NCBI GenBank assembly: GCA_041660065.1
Contig: JBAZXC010000001.1
Coordinates: 8,535 to 72,534, forward strand
Direction of reading: 5' to 3'
Source: Parcubacteria group bacterium
GTDB lineage: Bacteria > Patescibacteriota > Minisyncoccia > Moranbacterales > GCA-2747515
Length of the DNA stretch: 64,000 bases
Shown: positions 19,022-28,252 of the stretch, piece by piece
Layout of the letters: each line of letters starts with the position of its first letter
How positions within the stretch are numbered: the first letter of the stretch is position 1
The notes under the pieces: model-generated
Database searches by the model: none
What the model was told of the DNA's origin: nothing
What the model saw: the letters and a program-made list of their open reading frames with translations, nothing else
Program-made: the position numbers and the translations under genes

Positions 19022-20690
19022 TTACAATAATAGAAATAATAATAATAATGGCTTCTGGGTGAAAAAAACGGTCTGGTTTTTTGCGATCGTGATCATTATT
19101 GGTGGCGGTGTGTGGTGGTATCTGACATCGCACAAAGGCGCGGTTTTGCAAAAGACGATCCAAATGGCGGACAATGTGCTTAAATTGGAGAAATTGGACG
19201 ATAGTACGCGTGCAAAATTTGGCGTGATCCAAGATATCGCCAATGCGATGCTTGTGCAAGATGATGTGACGCGCAGATATTTGGTGCTCCTTCAGAACAA
19301 TTTGGAATTGCGTCCGGGCGGTGGGTTTTTGGGTCAATATGCTGTTGTGGAAGTAAAAAATGGCGGAATTCTTTCATATAACATCGAGGATTCCAATGTA
19401 TTGGACAGCACATACCAATCCGATCGTTTGTTGTCGCTTTCTCTGCAGAGGTATTTGAGTGATACGAAGAAGATGAAATTTCGTGACAGTAATTATTCGC
19501 CGAATTTTCCGGAGAATGTGGCAGATGCGTTGCATTTCTATGCGCTTGCAGGGAGAGACGCTAATTTTGACGGTGTGTTTGCTGTGAATGCGTCACTGTT
19601 TGAAGACTTCCTTACGATCACCGGTCCGATCACGACGACAGAAAAAAATTATGAGGAGTATGGTGAATTTACGAGTGATGGTGGCTTGATGAAGTTGGAG
19701 CGTGTTGCAGAGGAGCCGTTTTTCCGCAGTGATGAGCGCAAAGCGTGTGAGAAAGATTTGCGGGAACGTGGCGTGGATGAAGAGCACATGGATGATCTGT
19801 GGAACGCATGTATCTATGATGCAAACGGCAAAAAGAAGAAATTAATGGATCATGGAGAGGAGGTTGCACGCAAAAATATTCTTAATGCAATTGCCAAGGA
19901 AATGATGCCAAAACTCATCAAGGTGGATAATATTGAACCGTTCATCATGATGGTGACTAAAAATTTGGCGGACAAAGATATCCAGTTATGGTTTAAAGAT
20001 GAAAAGTTACAACAATTGGCACGCAATGAGAATTGGACGGGCGAGGTAGATCAGAATTGGGATGGGGATTATGTAATGATCTCGGATGCCAATGTGGGTG
20101 CGCTCAAGTCTGATTTTTATATGAAACGGACAATGGAATATAAAGTGGATTTCACCGGCAAAAGTGCGGAAGCAAATGATGCGGCAGTGGGACGTATGGT
20201 GCGTTATATTACTGATGATGTAAAGGCGCAAGTCATGGGTGGGACATTTGTGACGGACTTACCTCTTGCCACGGCGCGCATGACATATGAAAATACGGCG
20301 ACAGAGGCAAGTTATTTCAATATGGATTATCATTCGTTTACGCGTCTGTATGTGCCGGAAGGAAGTAAATGGTATGTGCGCGAATGGTTTGAAGCGCCGG
20401 GACTTGATAATAATGTGTTTGGCAATAAACAAGTATACGGATATAAATTTGATGTATTACTCGGACAGACGATCCCGACGATGCTACAGTACACATTGCC
20501 AAGCAGGATCACTGAGAACGGATATAAGCTCAAGATTCAAAAACAATCCGGTATTGGCACAATACCGCTTACCGTGACGGTGATCGGATCAGATGGAAAA
20601 AAATATACCAAAGATGTGCAGTTTGAGCACGATATGATCTTTGAGCTTAAAGACACGGGTGGTGGCAAAGAATTGGTAGTCGTCGAGTAA
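19008..20690 (+). CDS. membrane-anchored extracytoplasmic protein, possibly DUF4012 family
   Basis: N-terminal Asn-rich tail, then a single TM (FFAIVIIIGGGVWWYL). LLQNNLELRPGGGFLGQYAVVEV resembles the NAE-R-GGF motif recalled for DUF4012. Tentative. Confidence 0.45.
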   Translation: MRTNNYNNRNNNNNGFWVKKTVWFFAIVIIIGGGVWWYLTSHKGAVLQKTIQMADNVLKLEKLDDSTRAKFGVIQDIANAMLVQDDVTRRYLVLLQNNLELRPGGGFLGQYAVVEVKNGGILSYNIEDSNVLDSTYQSDRLLSLSLQRYLSDTKKMKFRDSNYSPNFPENVADALHFYALAGRDANFDGVFAVNASLFEDFLTITGPITTTEKNYEEYGEFTSDGGLMKLERVAEEPFFRSDERKACEKDLRERGVDEEHMDDLWNACIYDANGKKKKLMDHGEEVARKNILNAIAKEMMPKLIKVDNIEPFIMMVTKNLADKDIQLWFKDEKLQQLARNENWTGEVDQNWDGDYVMISDANVGALKSDFYMKRTMEYKVDFTGKSAEANDAAVGRMVRYITDDVKAQVMGGTFVTDLPLATARMTYENTATEASYFNMDYHSFTRLYVPEGSKWYVREWFEAPGLDNNVFGNKQVYGYKFDVLLGQTIPTMLQYTLPSRITENGYKLKIQKQSGIGTIPLTVTVIGSDGKKYTKDVQFEHDMIFELKDTGGGKELVVVE

Positions 20691-20692
20691 AA

Positions 20693-20726
20693 TGTCATTC
20701 CGACCGGAGCGGAGGAATCTTGCATC
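20693..20726 (+). repeat. left copy of a direct repeat (TGTCATTCCGACCG-N-GGAGGAATCT) flanking the GIY-YIG gene
   Basis: Matches 21081-21128; the right copy has a 15-nt internal insertion. Confidence 0.6.
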
Positions 20727-20752
20727 GAAGTTAATCAATGTGACTTTTTTAT

Positions 20753-21040
20753 ATGAAACAATATTACGTGTACATATTATCAAGTCGCACAAAGGTCTTA
20801 TATATTGGCATGACGAGCAATCTCTGTAAGCGTGTGTGGGAACATAAGACAAAATGTGTTGATGGATTTACAAAAAAATATCATATTGATCAATTGGTGT
20901 ATTTTGAACAAACAGGAGATGTGATCAGTGCTATTGCACGTGAAAAACAACTTAAAAAATGGCGACGAGAGAAAAAGATTTTTCTTATTGAAAAAATGAA
21001 TCCTATATGGGACGATCTGTATGATAAAATTCAATGTTAA
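20753..21040 (+). CDS. GIY-YIG nuclease superfamily protein (95 aa, standalone)
   Basis: YYVYILSS..VLYIGMTSNLCKRVWEHK (GIY-YIG, R, E/H) and KKWRREKK. Confidence 0.8.
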   Translation: MKQYYVYILSSRTKVLYIGMTSNLCKRVWEHKTKCVDGFTKKYHIDQLVYFEQTGDVISAIAREKQLKKWRREKKIFLIEKMNPIWDDLYDKIQC

Positions 21041-21080
21041 GTTTTTAGATCTCTCGACAAGCTCGAGATGACAAGCAGAG

Positions 21081-21128
21081 TGTCATTCCGACCGTAGTGT
21101 AAACGGAGTGGAGGAATCTCAGGCATGC
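21081..21128 (+). repeat. right copy of the GIY-YIG-flanking direct repeat
   Basis: TGTCATTCCGACCGtagtgtaaacGGAGTGGAGGAATCT. Confidence 0.6.
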
Positions 21129-21216
21129 CACCGAATTGACTGAAACGGAGAAATCTAAAAATGCGATACAAAAGAAAACAGGGATCGTTTCGTAGGAAAC
21201 GGTCCCTGGTGGATTT

Positions 21217-21750
21217 TTAGGAGGAAATAGTGACGGGGTCACCCTCATGCGTCCATGTGAATAGCCATGCAGCATCAGACATTAGGAGACGAATGCATCC
21301 GTGTGATGCAGGTTTTCCTGGCATATTCTGGTGATGAAAAAATATTCCTCTTTCAGTGAGACGCTGTGCATAGAGCATTGGTGCGCCATATGATTCCGGA
21401 TCATGGGAAAAATAATTTTTGTGTTTCGCCATGATGTGAAAGTTGCCGGTTTTTGTGGGATGCTTTCCGCCAGATGAAATGGGTCCCCAATGGATCAGCT
21501 TGCCATATTCATATGCACCAAAATATTGTGTATTGAGAAATACAAATGCTTTTCGCGCCTCATGCTGTGCATGTGGCATATTTTGTGGGACGGGACAATA
21601 ATTTGGAATGTTATTGTGGTCTGCCGGGATCAAAATTTCATGACCAATTTGGATATTGGTCGGATCGATCCCGTTGAGTTTCATGATGATCGGCCAAGAG
21701 CCTTTTGGCGCGATCTTGCTCAGGGTGTCGCCTTCTTTTGTGACGTACAC
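21217..21750 (-). CDS. LysM plus L,D-transpeptidase (YkuD) domain protein. As sequenced, the signal-peptide start (ATG at 21838-21840, AGGAGG RBS) is out of frame.
   Basis: LysM: YVTKEGDTLSKIA...IQIGHEILIP. YkuD: GKHPTKTGNFHI, HQNMPGKPASHGCIRLL. ORF track starts on GTG at 21750. The upstream ATG frame encodes MKNMLFLGLVLGLIF then stops; one extra A in the A7 run 21793-21799 would fuse the frames. Confidence 0.75.
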   Translation of the reverse strand: MYVTKEGDTLSKIAPKGSWPIIMKLNGIDPTNIQIGHEILIPADHNNIPNYCPVPQNMPHAQHEARKAFVFLNTQYFGAYEYGKLIHWGPISSGGKHPTKTGNFHIMAKHKNYFSHDPESYGAPMLYAQRLTERGIFFHHQNMPGKPASHGCIRLLMSDAAWLFTWTHEGDPVTISS

Positions 21751-22053
21751 AACAAATCCTTTCGGTATTTCTCTACAGAAAGCGGATGATGTAAAAAAAT
21801 CAACCCCAAAACCAGTCCCAAAAACAACATATTTTTCATGGATCCTCCTTTTGATAGAGTGTATTTTTTATTCTGTTTTTAAATAAACAAATTCCAGTCA
21901 GTATACGCGAGCATTTACGTTTTGTCAATATTTGTGACTTGGTGTGAGTTATCCACAATCATCGCAATAGTTCATTTTCAGTTCATCTCCATGTTCGTTT
22001 TATTTTATTTTTCATATATATAATACAAAACATAAAAAGAAATATATTATCAT

Positions 22054-25000
22054 ATGAAAAAGATCCTTTCGCGAGGGGTTTCTGTCATTCTGATCGTTTC
22101 CATCATTTTCAGTCCACTCCATATCGCATGTATTGATTTTTTACAGCACTTTGTCCAAGTGACGTATGCTGATGACTTGGAAGATCTCTCCATTACAGAA
22201 ATGGTCACATGGAACAGTGACACGGATCTCAGTATGTACAATACAATATATGCAGAAACCAACGCAATTATCAATATTGAGCCTGGATCAACGATCAAAA
22301 TACGCAATCTTATCCTATATGAAAATGCTATTATCAATGCAGTTGGCACATCTGAAAAACCGATCACAATCACGCAGTTGCCGATAAATGCTGTAGCGAA
22401 TGGAGAATATGATGCAGAATGCATTCAACAACCTGCAGGGACGATTTCTCTTGAACAGGATCCGCTCAGTTTGACTGAATCTATTTTTTCCTATGTAACT
22501 TTTGAGAATATGGGCACATACATTGACATGAGCCCCGGTAACTACAATTGTCCTGCCATGGTAAGAAATGATCGCATCTTTCCTTCTCTTGCAAAAACTG
22601 CGTACGCGGCAAAACCTGCAGAATATTATGATCCATATGACAATGACCCGATCAAGTCATCGCCAGCCGTTTACTATGAGTCAGGTCGTGTAACCATGAC
22701 AAATTGCACGTTTAAAAACAATGAATTCGCGGATGTCTTGGTAAATATGGAAATTTATGAAGATGCAGATCGTGACAATCATCTTACGATCAAAAACTCC
22801 AATTTTGGAGAAAATAAAAAAAATATCGCTGTACGGTCGCGTGTGGTGGATATGAATCGTTACTACGAATATTTTGATGAGCGTTACGCTCTATGTCTCG
22901 CAACATTTCCTCCAGGGTATCAGTGGTGGGAAAAATACGAATACTGCTCTCTTCGCGCAACAGGGGAAGCGGATGATAACGAAATGCTTTTTGATGATGG
23001 GAGAGTAACTTTGACGAATAATTGGTACGGTCATGAAAATGGTCCCGACACCTCACATATCGAATGGGGTGGCCAAGGTGACCGTGTGTATGGCAATCTC
23101 ACATTGGATGGATTTCGTCTAACACCGGACATGGCGTCAAACGTCCTCTTCCTCCCGGGAATCAAAGCGAGTCGATTGTACAAAGAGAGAAGTGTTTTGG
23201 GTGTCGATAAATTGTGGCCGCCAAATAATTATGTGGACGTCGATGATCTCATGCTTGATGATGATGGAGAGAGCATGAAAAATGTTTTTACGGAAGATGT
23301 CATTGATGAGATTGGCGCGCCTATTGTCGGCGGTAATATTTATAAATCTTTTGTGGGCGATCTGCAGGATATGAAAGATGAGAGTGTTATCGCGGATTTT
23401 TCCACATATGCATATGACTGGCGGTATGATATGCAAGATATCGTACAAAATGGCACAGCGTATCCCAGCGATGAGACTAAAAATGTGATCAGTGAAATCG
23501 AACGCCTCGCACAGTCATCGATAAGCGGAAAAGTGACGATCGTAGCTCATTCCATGGGCGGTCTTTTGACAAAAGCGGCAATGCAGGAATTGGAAAGGCA
23601 GGGAAAATCAGCATTGGTCGATACGATCGTTCTCGTAGATTCTCCGCAAATGGGCACACCACAAGCAATTCCCGCTCTATTGCATGGCTATGATGAGGGA
23701 TTGCCAATTCCGGGGCTCATGAGTGATTTCCAGGCGCGAAAATTTGCAGAAAATATGTCTAGCGCATATGGGCTCTTGCCATCGAAAGAATATTTTGACC
23801 GCACAGAAGAACCGGTCATTGATTTTGATACGGCGTTGGAACCGTATAAGAAGTACAAAGATGCATATGGAAATACGATTGGAAACTTTACGGAATTCAG
23901 GGATTTTGCATTGGGGAAAAAGGATGATCGTGAAAAACCGGACGTGGCAGATTTGGTGAGTGCAAACATTCTTAACGAAAAACTTTTTGACAAGGCAGCC
24001 GATCTTCATGATCACATTGATGCGTGGACGCCATCAGAAGACATTAAAGTGATCCAAATTGGTGGATGGGGATTGGACACGATGCGTGGTGTGACATATA
24101 CGACAGTAAAAGAAAAAGTGTGCACCGAAGAATGGTCGCCGTATGTCGGAGAAGGAACGCAGAGAACGTGCGAGATCGTGGATACGCCAAACATCGAACC
24201 ACAGTTTACCGTGGATGGAGATGCCGTTGTCACGACGCCAAGTTCTCTCATGTTGCCAATTGCGGATAATATTGAGAAATATTGGGTGGATTTATTCGAT
24301 AAGAACTATGGATTAAGAAAAAACAGGGAGCATAAAGATATTTTGGAGGTGGAATCTGTTAGAGGCTTCATATCTGAAATTATTAAAACTCACAAATCTC
24401 CAGAAGTTCTTCCACAGTATATTTCTACAAAACGACCGGATGATTCTGCTATTGATGATGCTAATCCTCGTATTCGCATGTCTCTCTATTCTCCACTTGA
24501 CATCCATCTCTATGACGAACACGGCAATCACACAGGACCCGTTACGACAACATTGGACGGAGAAGAGATCATCAGTATTGAAGAAAACATCCCCAATAGC
24601 TACTATGCGGTATTGGGTGAACATAAATACGTCGGATGGGGGACGGACGATGATGTGCGTGTAGAGTTGGACGGTTATGGCAGCGGGTCATATACGGTAA
24701 ACGTGCAAGAGATCCATATCACAGACACAGGAGAGCGAGAAGGGGACAGTACTACATTTGAACATCTCCCCACAAGCGCTGACATGATAGTCAGTTTCAC
24801 TGTGCCGAGAGGAGGCATCGCAGATATGAGCGATTTCACAGCAGACTATGATGGTGACGGTACGATCGATTATACGATCACACCACAAATAAACAGCAGT
24901 GCAACGCTGGAAGAGAAGGATCATTCAGAACCAGATGATGACGCGGATGCAGATACAGAAAACACCACAGAAGAGCAACCACAAAAAGCATCGATTGATT

Positions 25001-25515
25001 CATGGAAAGCGTATCAATACATGACGCAGCGCAAAAGTTGTCCGATCAAACTCATACTCACTCTCAACGGGAAACACTTTGATAAAGATGGTATAATACG
25101 CATAGGTGATGTGAAGGGTAAAGATATAAAACGTGATTCGCACAGAAAGATCACTGCAACATTCTGCATGAAAGATCTGCAAAGGGCAAAGACGAACTCT
25201 CTCAAAACGATCAGCATAGAAAATCCCGACACAAAACGTGACAAAGCAGATAAAAAGATCGATATCACAAAAATTCCCTGGAAAATCACAGCGGAGGAGA
25301 TCCGATCTGCGAATGTCTACACTCCAGAAGGGATCATCGTTATACAAAAAGCGTTGAATAGTTTTGGTTATATGAGTGCAGGTCAGATCAATGATAATGA
25401 TGATGAGGCAGCTCAAAAAGCGATCATGCAATTCCAAAAAGACCATGATCTGCCACAGACAGGATTCTGTGGGGAGATGACAAAAAAGAAAATTATTGAA
25501 GATATTAAAAAATGA
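22054..25515 (+). CDS. 1153-aa secreted multidomain protein: signal peptide, beta-helix-like repeats, LCAT-like alpha/beta-hydrolase (lipase/acyltransferase) domain, acidic linker, C-terminal peptidoglycan-binding (PG_binding_1) domain
   Basis: Hydrolase: LFLPGIKASRLY, YDWRYD, IVAHSMGGLL (GxSxG). Beta-helix-like stretches VTMTNCTFKNNEFADVLVN, LTIKNSNFGEN. C-terminus: IQKALNSFGYMSAGQINDNDDEAAQKAIMQFQKDHDLPQTGFCGEMT. Confidence 0.65.
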   Translation: MKKILSRGVSVILIVSIIFSPLHIACIDFLQHFVQVTYADDLEDLSITEMVTWNSDTDLSMYNTIYAETNAIINIEPGSTIKIRNLILYENAIINAVGTSEKPITITQLPINAVANGEYDAECIQQPAGTISLEQDPLSLTESIFSYVTFENMGTYIDMSPGNYNCPAMVRNDRIFPSLAKTAYAAKPAEYYDPYDNDPIKSSPAVYYESGRVTMTNCTFKNNEFADVLVNMEIYEDADRDNHLTIKNSNFGENKKNIAVRSRVVDMNRYYEYFDERYALCLATFPPGYQWWEKYEYCSLRATGEADDNEMLFDDGRVTLTNNWYGHENGPDTSHIEWGGQGDRVYGNLTLDGFRLTPDMASNVLFLPGIKASRLYKERSVLGVDKLWPPNNYVDVDDLMLDDDGESMKNVFTEDVIDEIGAPIVGGNIYKSFVGDLQDMKDESVIADFSTYAYDWRYDMQDIVQNGTAYPSDETKNVISEIERLAQSSISGKVTIVAHSMGGLLTKAAMQELERQGKSALVDTIVLVDSPQMGTPQAIPALLHGYDEGLPIPGLMSDFQARKFAENMSSAYGLLPSKEYFDRTEEPVIDFDTALEPYKKYKDAYGNTIGNFTEFRDFALGKKDDREKPDVADLVSANILNEKLFDKAADLHDHIDAWTPSEDIKVIQIGGWGLDTMRGVTYTTVKEKVCTEEWSPYVGEGTQRTCEIVDTPNIEPQFTVDGDAVVTTPSSLMLPIADNIEKYWVDLFDKNYGLRKNREHKDILEVESVRGFISEIIKTHKSPEVLPQYISTKRPDDSAIDDANPRIRMSLYSPLDIHLYDEHGNHTGPVTTTLDGEEIISIEENIPNSYYAVLGEHKYVGWGTDDDVRVELDGYGSGSYTVNVQEIHITDTGEREGDSTTFEHLPTSADMIVSFTVPRGGIADMSDFTADYDGDGTIDYTITPQINSSATLEEKDHSEPDDDADADTENTTEEQPQKASIDSWKAYQYMTQRKSCPIKLILTLNGKHFDKDGIIRIGDVKGKDIKRDSHRKITATFCMKDLQRAKTNSLKTISIENPDTKRDKADKKIDITKIPWKITAEEIRSANVYTPEGIIVIQKALNSFGYMSAGQINDNDDEAAQKAIMQFQKDHDLPQTGFCGEMTKKKIIEDIKK

Positions 25516-25540
25516 TTATCAATTTATGGTGAAAATAAAT

Positions 25541-25939
25541 ATGAAGAAAGTGGGAATATTAACAATAAGTGGAATTATTGCGGTCATCGGCATGGTGTAT
25601 TATCAATATTTGTGTTCATCAATACATAATAAATTATGTGTAACAACACATTATAGTGCAACTGTTTTTGAACCACTGCTCTTGGCTGTCATTAGTATTT
25701 TTTCTGTTTCCATTTTCACTTTCTTTATCTCTGATAAAATCTTCAAAAAATGGACAACGTTTACGATCGTGTGGTTTATTTTTGATGCGATCTTCATTGT
25801 TCTTGCACCGACGAGCTCTCCTTATTTTTATGGGGGTCCGGACAAAGAATCCATTTCCATTTGGATGGGGTCTCTCTTTGTTATCATTAGCTTCCTCATG
25901 TTTATCATTGTGACGATCAAGGAACGAAGGAAAAAATAG
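25541..25939 (+). CDS. small polytopic membrane protein, hypothetical
   Basis: ORF 25496..25939. ATG at 25541 has GGTGA upstream. Four hydrophobic helices. Confidence 0.4.
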   Translation: MKKVGILTISGIIAVIGMVYYQYLCSSIHNKLCVTTHYSATVFEPLLLAVISIFSVSIFTFFISDKIFKKWTTFTIVWFIFDAIFIVLAPTSSPYFYGGPDKESISIWMGSLFVIISFLMFIIVTIKERRKK

Positions 25940-26015
25940 GAAAAAAGATGTCTGTCTCCTTGTCCTTATATCGTTTGGCGTGATACCATGAGAGTGTTTA
26001 TACATAAAGAAAAAC

Positions 26016-26050
26016 TCGTTAATTCGGAAATGCTCTAATTCGTTAATTGT
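26016..26050 (+). promoter_or_regulatory. TTAACGA-type box array (CGTTAATTCGG...CTAATTCGTTAATTG) immediately upstream of the GT4 gene
   Basis: Member of a recurring intergenic motif family. Confidence 0.4.
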
Positions 26051-27285
26051 TTATTGTGAATCTCTATCTGATCAAATTAGGCAAGGCGTGGCAGGTGATC
26101 AAACGTGATGGCGTCTGCAGAGGTCTTCAGCGTGTTTTTGGAGCGCTTTTTTCGATGTTTCGCACCGTTGGTAGGGGGGATATCCTTTTTATTTCCGGTG
26201 GCATCGGGGACAGTGCACTCTACCGTACTGTGCATGTTGCCGAGGAATTGCGACTCAATGGATTCCGATGTTCAGTGACGATACAAGATAATCCGTTTCT
26301 CTCTTCGTATGTAGATAAATTTTCGGTTTTTGTCTTTCATCGTACGCTCTATACGGAGAAAGTAAAAAAAATGATCGATGCGATCAAAGCGCAGGATAAA
26401 GTGATCATTTTTGATACTGATGATCTCGTGTATGATCCCAAGTATTTATCTCTCATGGATTATTATCAAAAGATGAATTCTTTGGAAAAAAAGTTATATC
26501 AAAACGGTCTCGGAGGGGAGATTCTGCGAGATCAATATGTGAAAGTCGCCACGACGACTACGAGTTTTCTCGCGGAGAAGTTGCGTGCGGAAGGGAAGGA
26601 AGTTTTTATTGTGCCAAACAAACTTTCTGTCAAAGATGTGCGAGATGCAGAAAAAGTGTGTAAGATTCCGGATCACCTGCCCGCAGTGCATATGCATACA
26701 CACGCATTGCAGGCGGGAGTCCGGAATGACAAGGGTATTATTCGATTGGGATATTTTAGCGGTACGATCAGTCACAATAAGGACTTTGCGACGATCACAG
26801 ATGCATTGATGCGCATAATGGAAAAGTATCCGCATGTTGAATTGTTGCTGGTCGGTCCGCTTGATGTGGAAAGTATCCTTGTGCAAAAATTTAGAGAGAG
26901 GATCGTGCAATTGCCATATGCGTTGCGTGCCCAGCATTTTGCAAATGTTGCAAAATGTGACATCAATCTTGCGCCACTGGAGAAAGATAATCCATTCTGC
27001 GAAGCAAAGTCAGAGTTGAAGTTTTTTGAAGCGGGTATCGTTTTTGTGCCGACGGTTGCAGTGGCAAATCGGACATTTGCAGAGGCTGTGCAGGATGGTG
27101 TGGATGGGTTTGTCGCACATGGAACAGACGAGTGGGTGGAGAAATTATCACAACTTATTGAAAATAAAAAAATGCGCAAGAATATGGGTGAAAGAGCACA
27201 CCGCACAGCAGTGGAGCGCCACACAACGCAAAATGCAAAAAATTTACAGTACTATGAATATTTGAGAGAAAGGATAGGGAAATAA
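26047..27285 (+). CDS. glycosyltransferase, GT4 family (GT-B fold)
   Basis: C-terminal FEAGIVFVPTVAVANRTFAEAVQDGVDGFV. TTG start at 26047; possible alternative Met at 26155. Confidence 0.6.
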   Translation: MFIVNLYLIKLGKAWQVIKRDGVCRGLQRVFGALFSMFRTVGRGDILFISGGIGDSALYRTVHVAEELRLNGFRCSVTIQDNPFLSSYVDKFSVFVFHRTLYTEKVKKMIDAIKAQDKVIIFDTDDLVYDPKYLSLMDYYQKMNSLEKKLYQNGLGGEILRDQYVKVATTTTSFLAEKLRAEGKEVFIVPNKLSVKDVRDAEKVCKIPDHLPAVHMHTHALQAGVRNDKGIIRLGYFSGTISHNKDFATITDALMRIMEKYPHVELLLVGPLDVESILVQKFRERIVQLPYALRAQHFANVAKCDINLAPLEKDNPFCEAKSELKFFEAGIVFVPTVAVANRTFAEAVQDGVDGFVAHGTDEWVEKLSQLIENKKMRKNMGERAHRTAVERHTTQNAKNLQYYEYLRERIGK

Positions 27286-27491
27286 AATTCCCCTTCATTT
27301 CCCTTTACAAAAGGGAAAAATTTTCTCCCTTTTGTAAAGGGAGATGTCCGAAGGACAGAGGGATTTACAACTTTCTATTTTGCAAAGGGAATTGCCTGCC
27401 CGCAGTACTTTTGCACGTGCAATGCAGGCGGGGAGGGATTGGGAACTCTCCCTTTCGTAAAGGGAGTTGGAGGGATTTTTGTAAAAACCAT
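27286..27491. repeat. composite palindromic intergenic repeat block (CCCTTTACAAAAGGGA hairpins, a ~55-bp unit TCTCCCTTTTGTAAAGGGAGATGTCCGAAGGACAGAGGGATTTACAA, a CTGCCCGCAG...GCAGGCGGGG palindrome, and GGGATTGGGAACTCTCCCTTTCGTAAAGGGAGTTGGAGGGATTTTT)
   Basis: Units recur at 27855-28200, 29086-29172 and 31375-31490. Confidence 0.75.
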
Positions 27492-27854
27492 ATGCTCAAG
27501 CATTATAATGCATATCTAAAAAGGAATGCACGAACCCTTCGTAAGAATATGACGAAAGCTGAGGTGATTCTGTGGAGTATAATTCGCAGGAAACAAATCT
27601 GCAATGTGCAGTTTTATCGTCAAAAACCTTTGGGAAAATATATTGTGGATTTTTATTGTCCTTCGAGAAATTTGGTCATTGAGATTGATGGAGGACATCA
27701 TTATGAGGATGGAGAAATTATTGATGATGATCTACAAAGGGAAAAATTTTTAAGAACGGAATTACGTTTAAAAGTTTTACGATTTACAAATGATGATATT
27801 TGTAAAAATTTGACTTCTGTGGTCGATAAGATTATTGAGGAGTTGGGTCAGTAG
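27492..27854 (+). CDS. DUF559 endonuclease-domain protein (Vsr/Mrr-like fold)
   Basis: TKAEVILWSIIRRKQ...FYRQKPLGKYIVDFYCPSRNLVIEIDGGHH...LRLKVLRFTNDDI. The listed ORF's N-terminal 27 aa (MHVQCRRGGIGNSPF...) are read-through of the repeat; the ATG is at 27492. Confidence 0.7.
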   Translation: MLKHYNAYLKRNARTLRKNMTKAEVILWSIIRRKQICNVQFYRQKPLGKYIVDFYCPSRNLVIEIDGGHHYEDGEIIDDDLQREKFLRTELRLKVLRFTNDDICKNLTSVVDKIIEELGQ

Positions 27855-28200
27855 AAAATCCCCCTAACCCCCTTTGCAAAAGGGGGAAATATTAAATCTC
27901 CCTCAGTCCCTCTTTACAAAAGAGGGAAGTTCTCAAATCTCCCTCAGTCCCTGCCTACCGGCAGGCAGGCCTCTTTACAAAAGAGGGAAGAAATTCTCCC
28001 TTTTGTAAAGGGAGATGTCCGAAGGACAGAGGGATTTACAATTCTCTATTGTACAAAGGGATTAAGAACCCCCCCTTTTTTTTGCAAAAGTGGGTTGCCT
28101 GCCTGCCACCTGCCTGCCGGTAGGCAGGGTAGGCAGGGGGGGGGATTGGGAACTCTCCCTTTTGCAAAGGGAGTTGGAGGGATTTTTCTATTCATGCTAT
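27855..28200. repeat. second composite repeat block downstream of the DUF559 gene, including two copies of the CTGCCTGCCGGTAGGCAGG palindrome (27951-27969, 28093-28143)
   Basis: Shares units with 27286-27491 and with the promoter cassettes at 3586-3715 and 4177-4300. Confidence 0.75.
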
Positions 28201-28252
28201 AATAAAAATGCCTAAGACAAGGCTTTTTTGGTATGAACTTTAGGAAAAATAC

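Noticed and set aside
27286-28252. Possible CRISPR array suggested by the many short palindromic repeats around 27.3-28.2 kb, 29.1 kb and 31.4 kb
   Set aside because: Repeat units are heterogeneous in length and sequence, are not separated by uniform unique spacers, and no cas genes are present. They behave as REP/MITE-like intergenic repeats.
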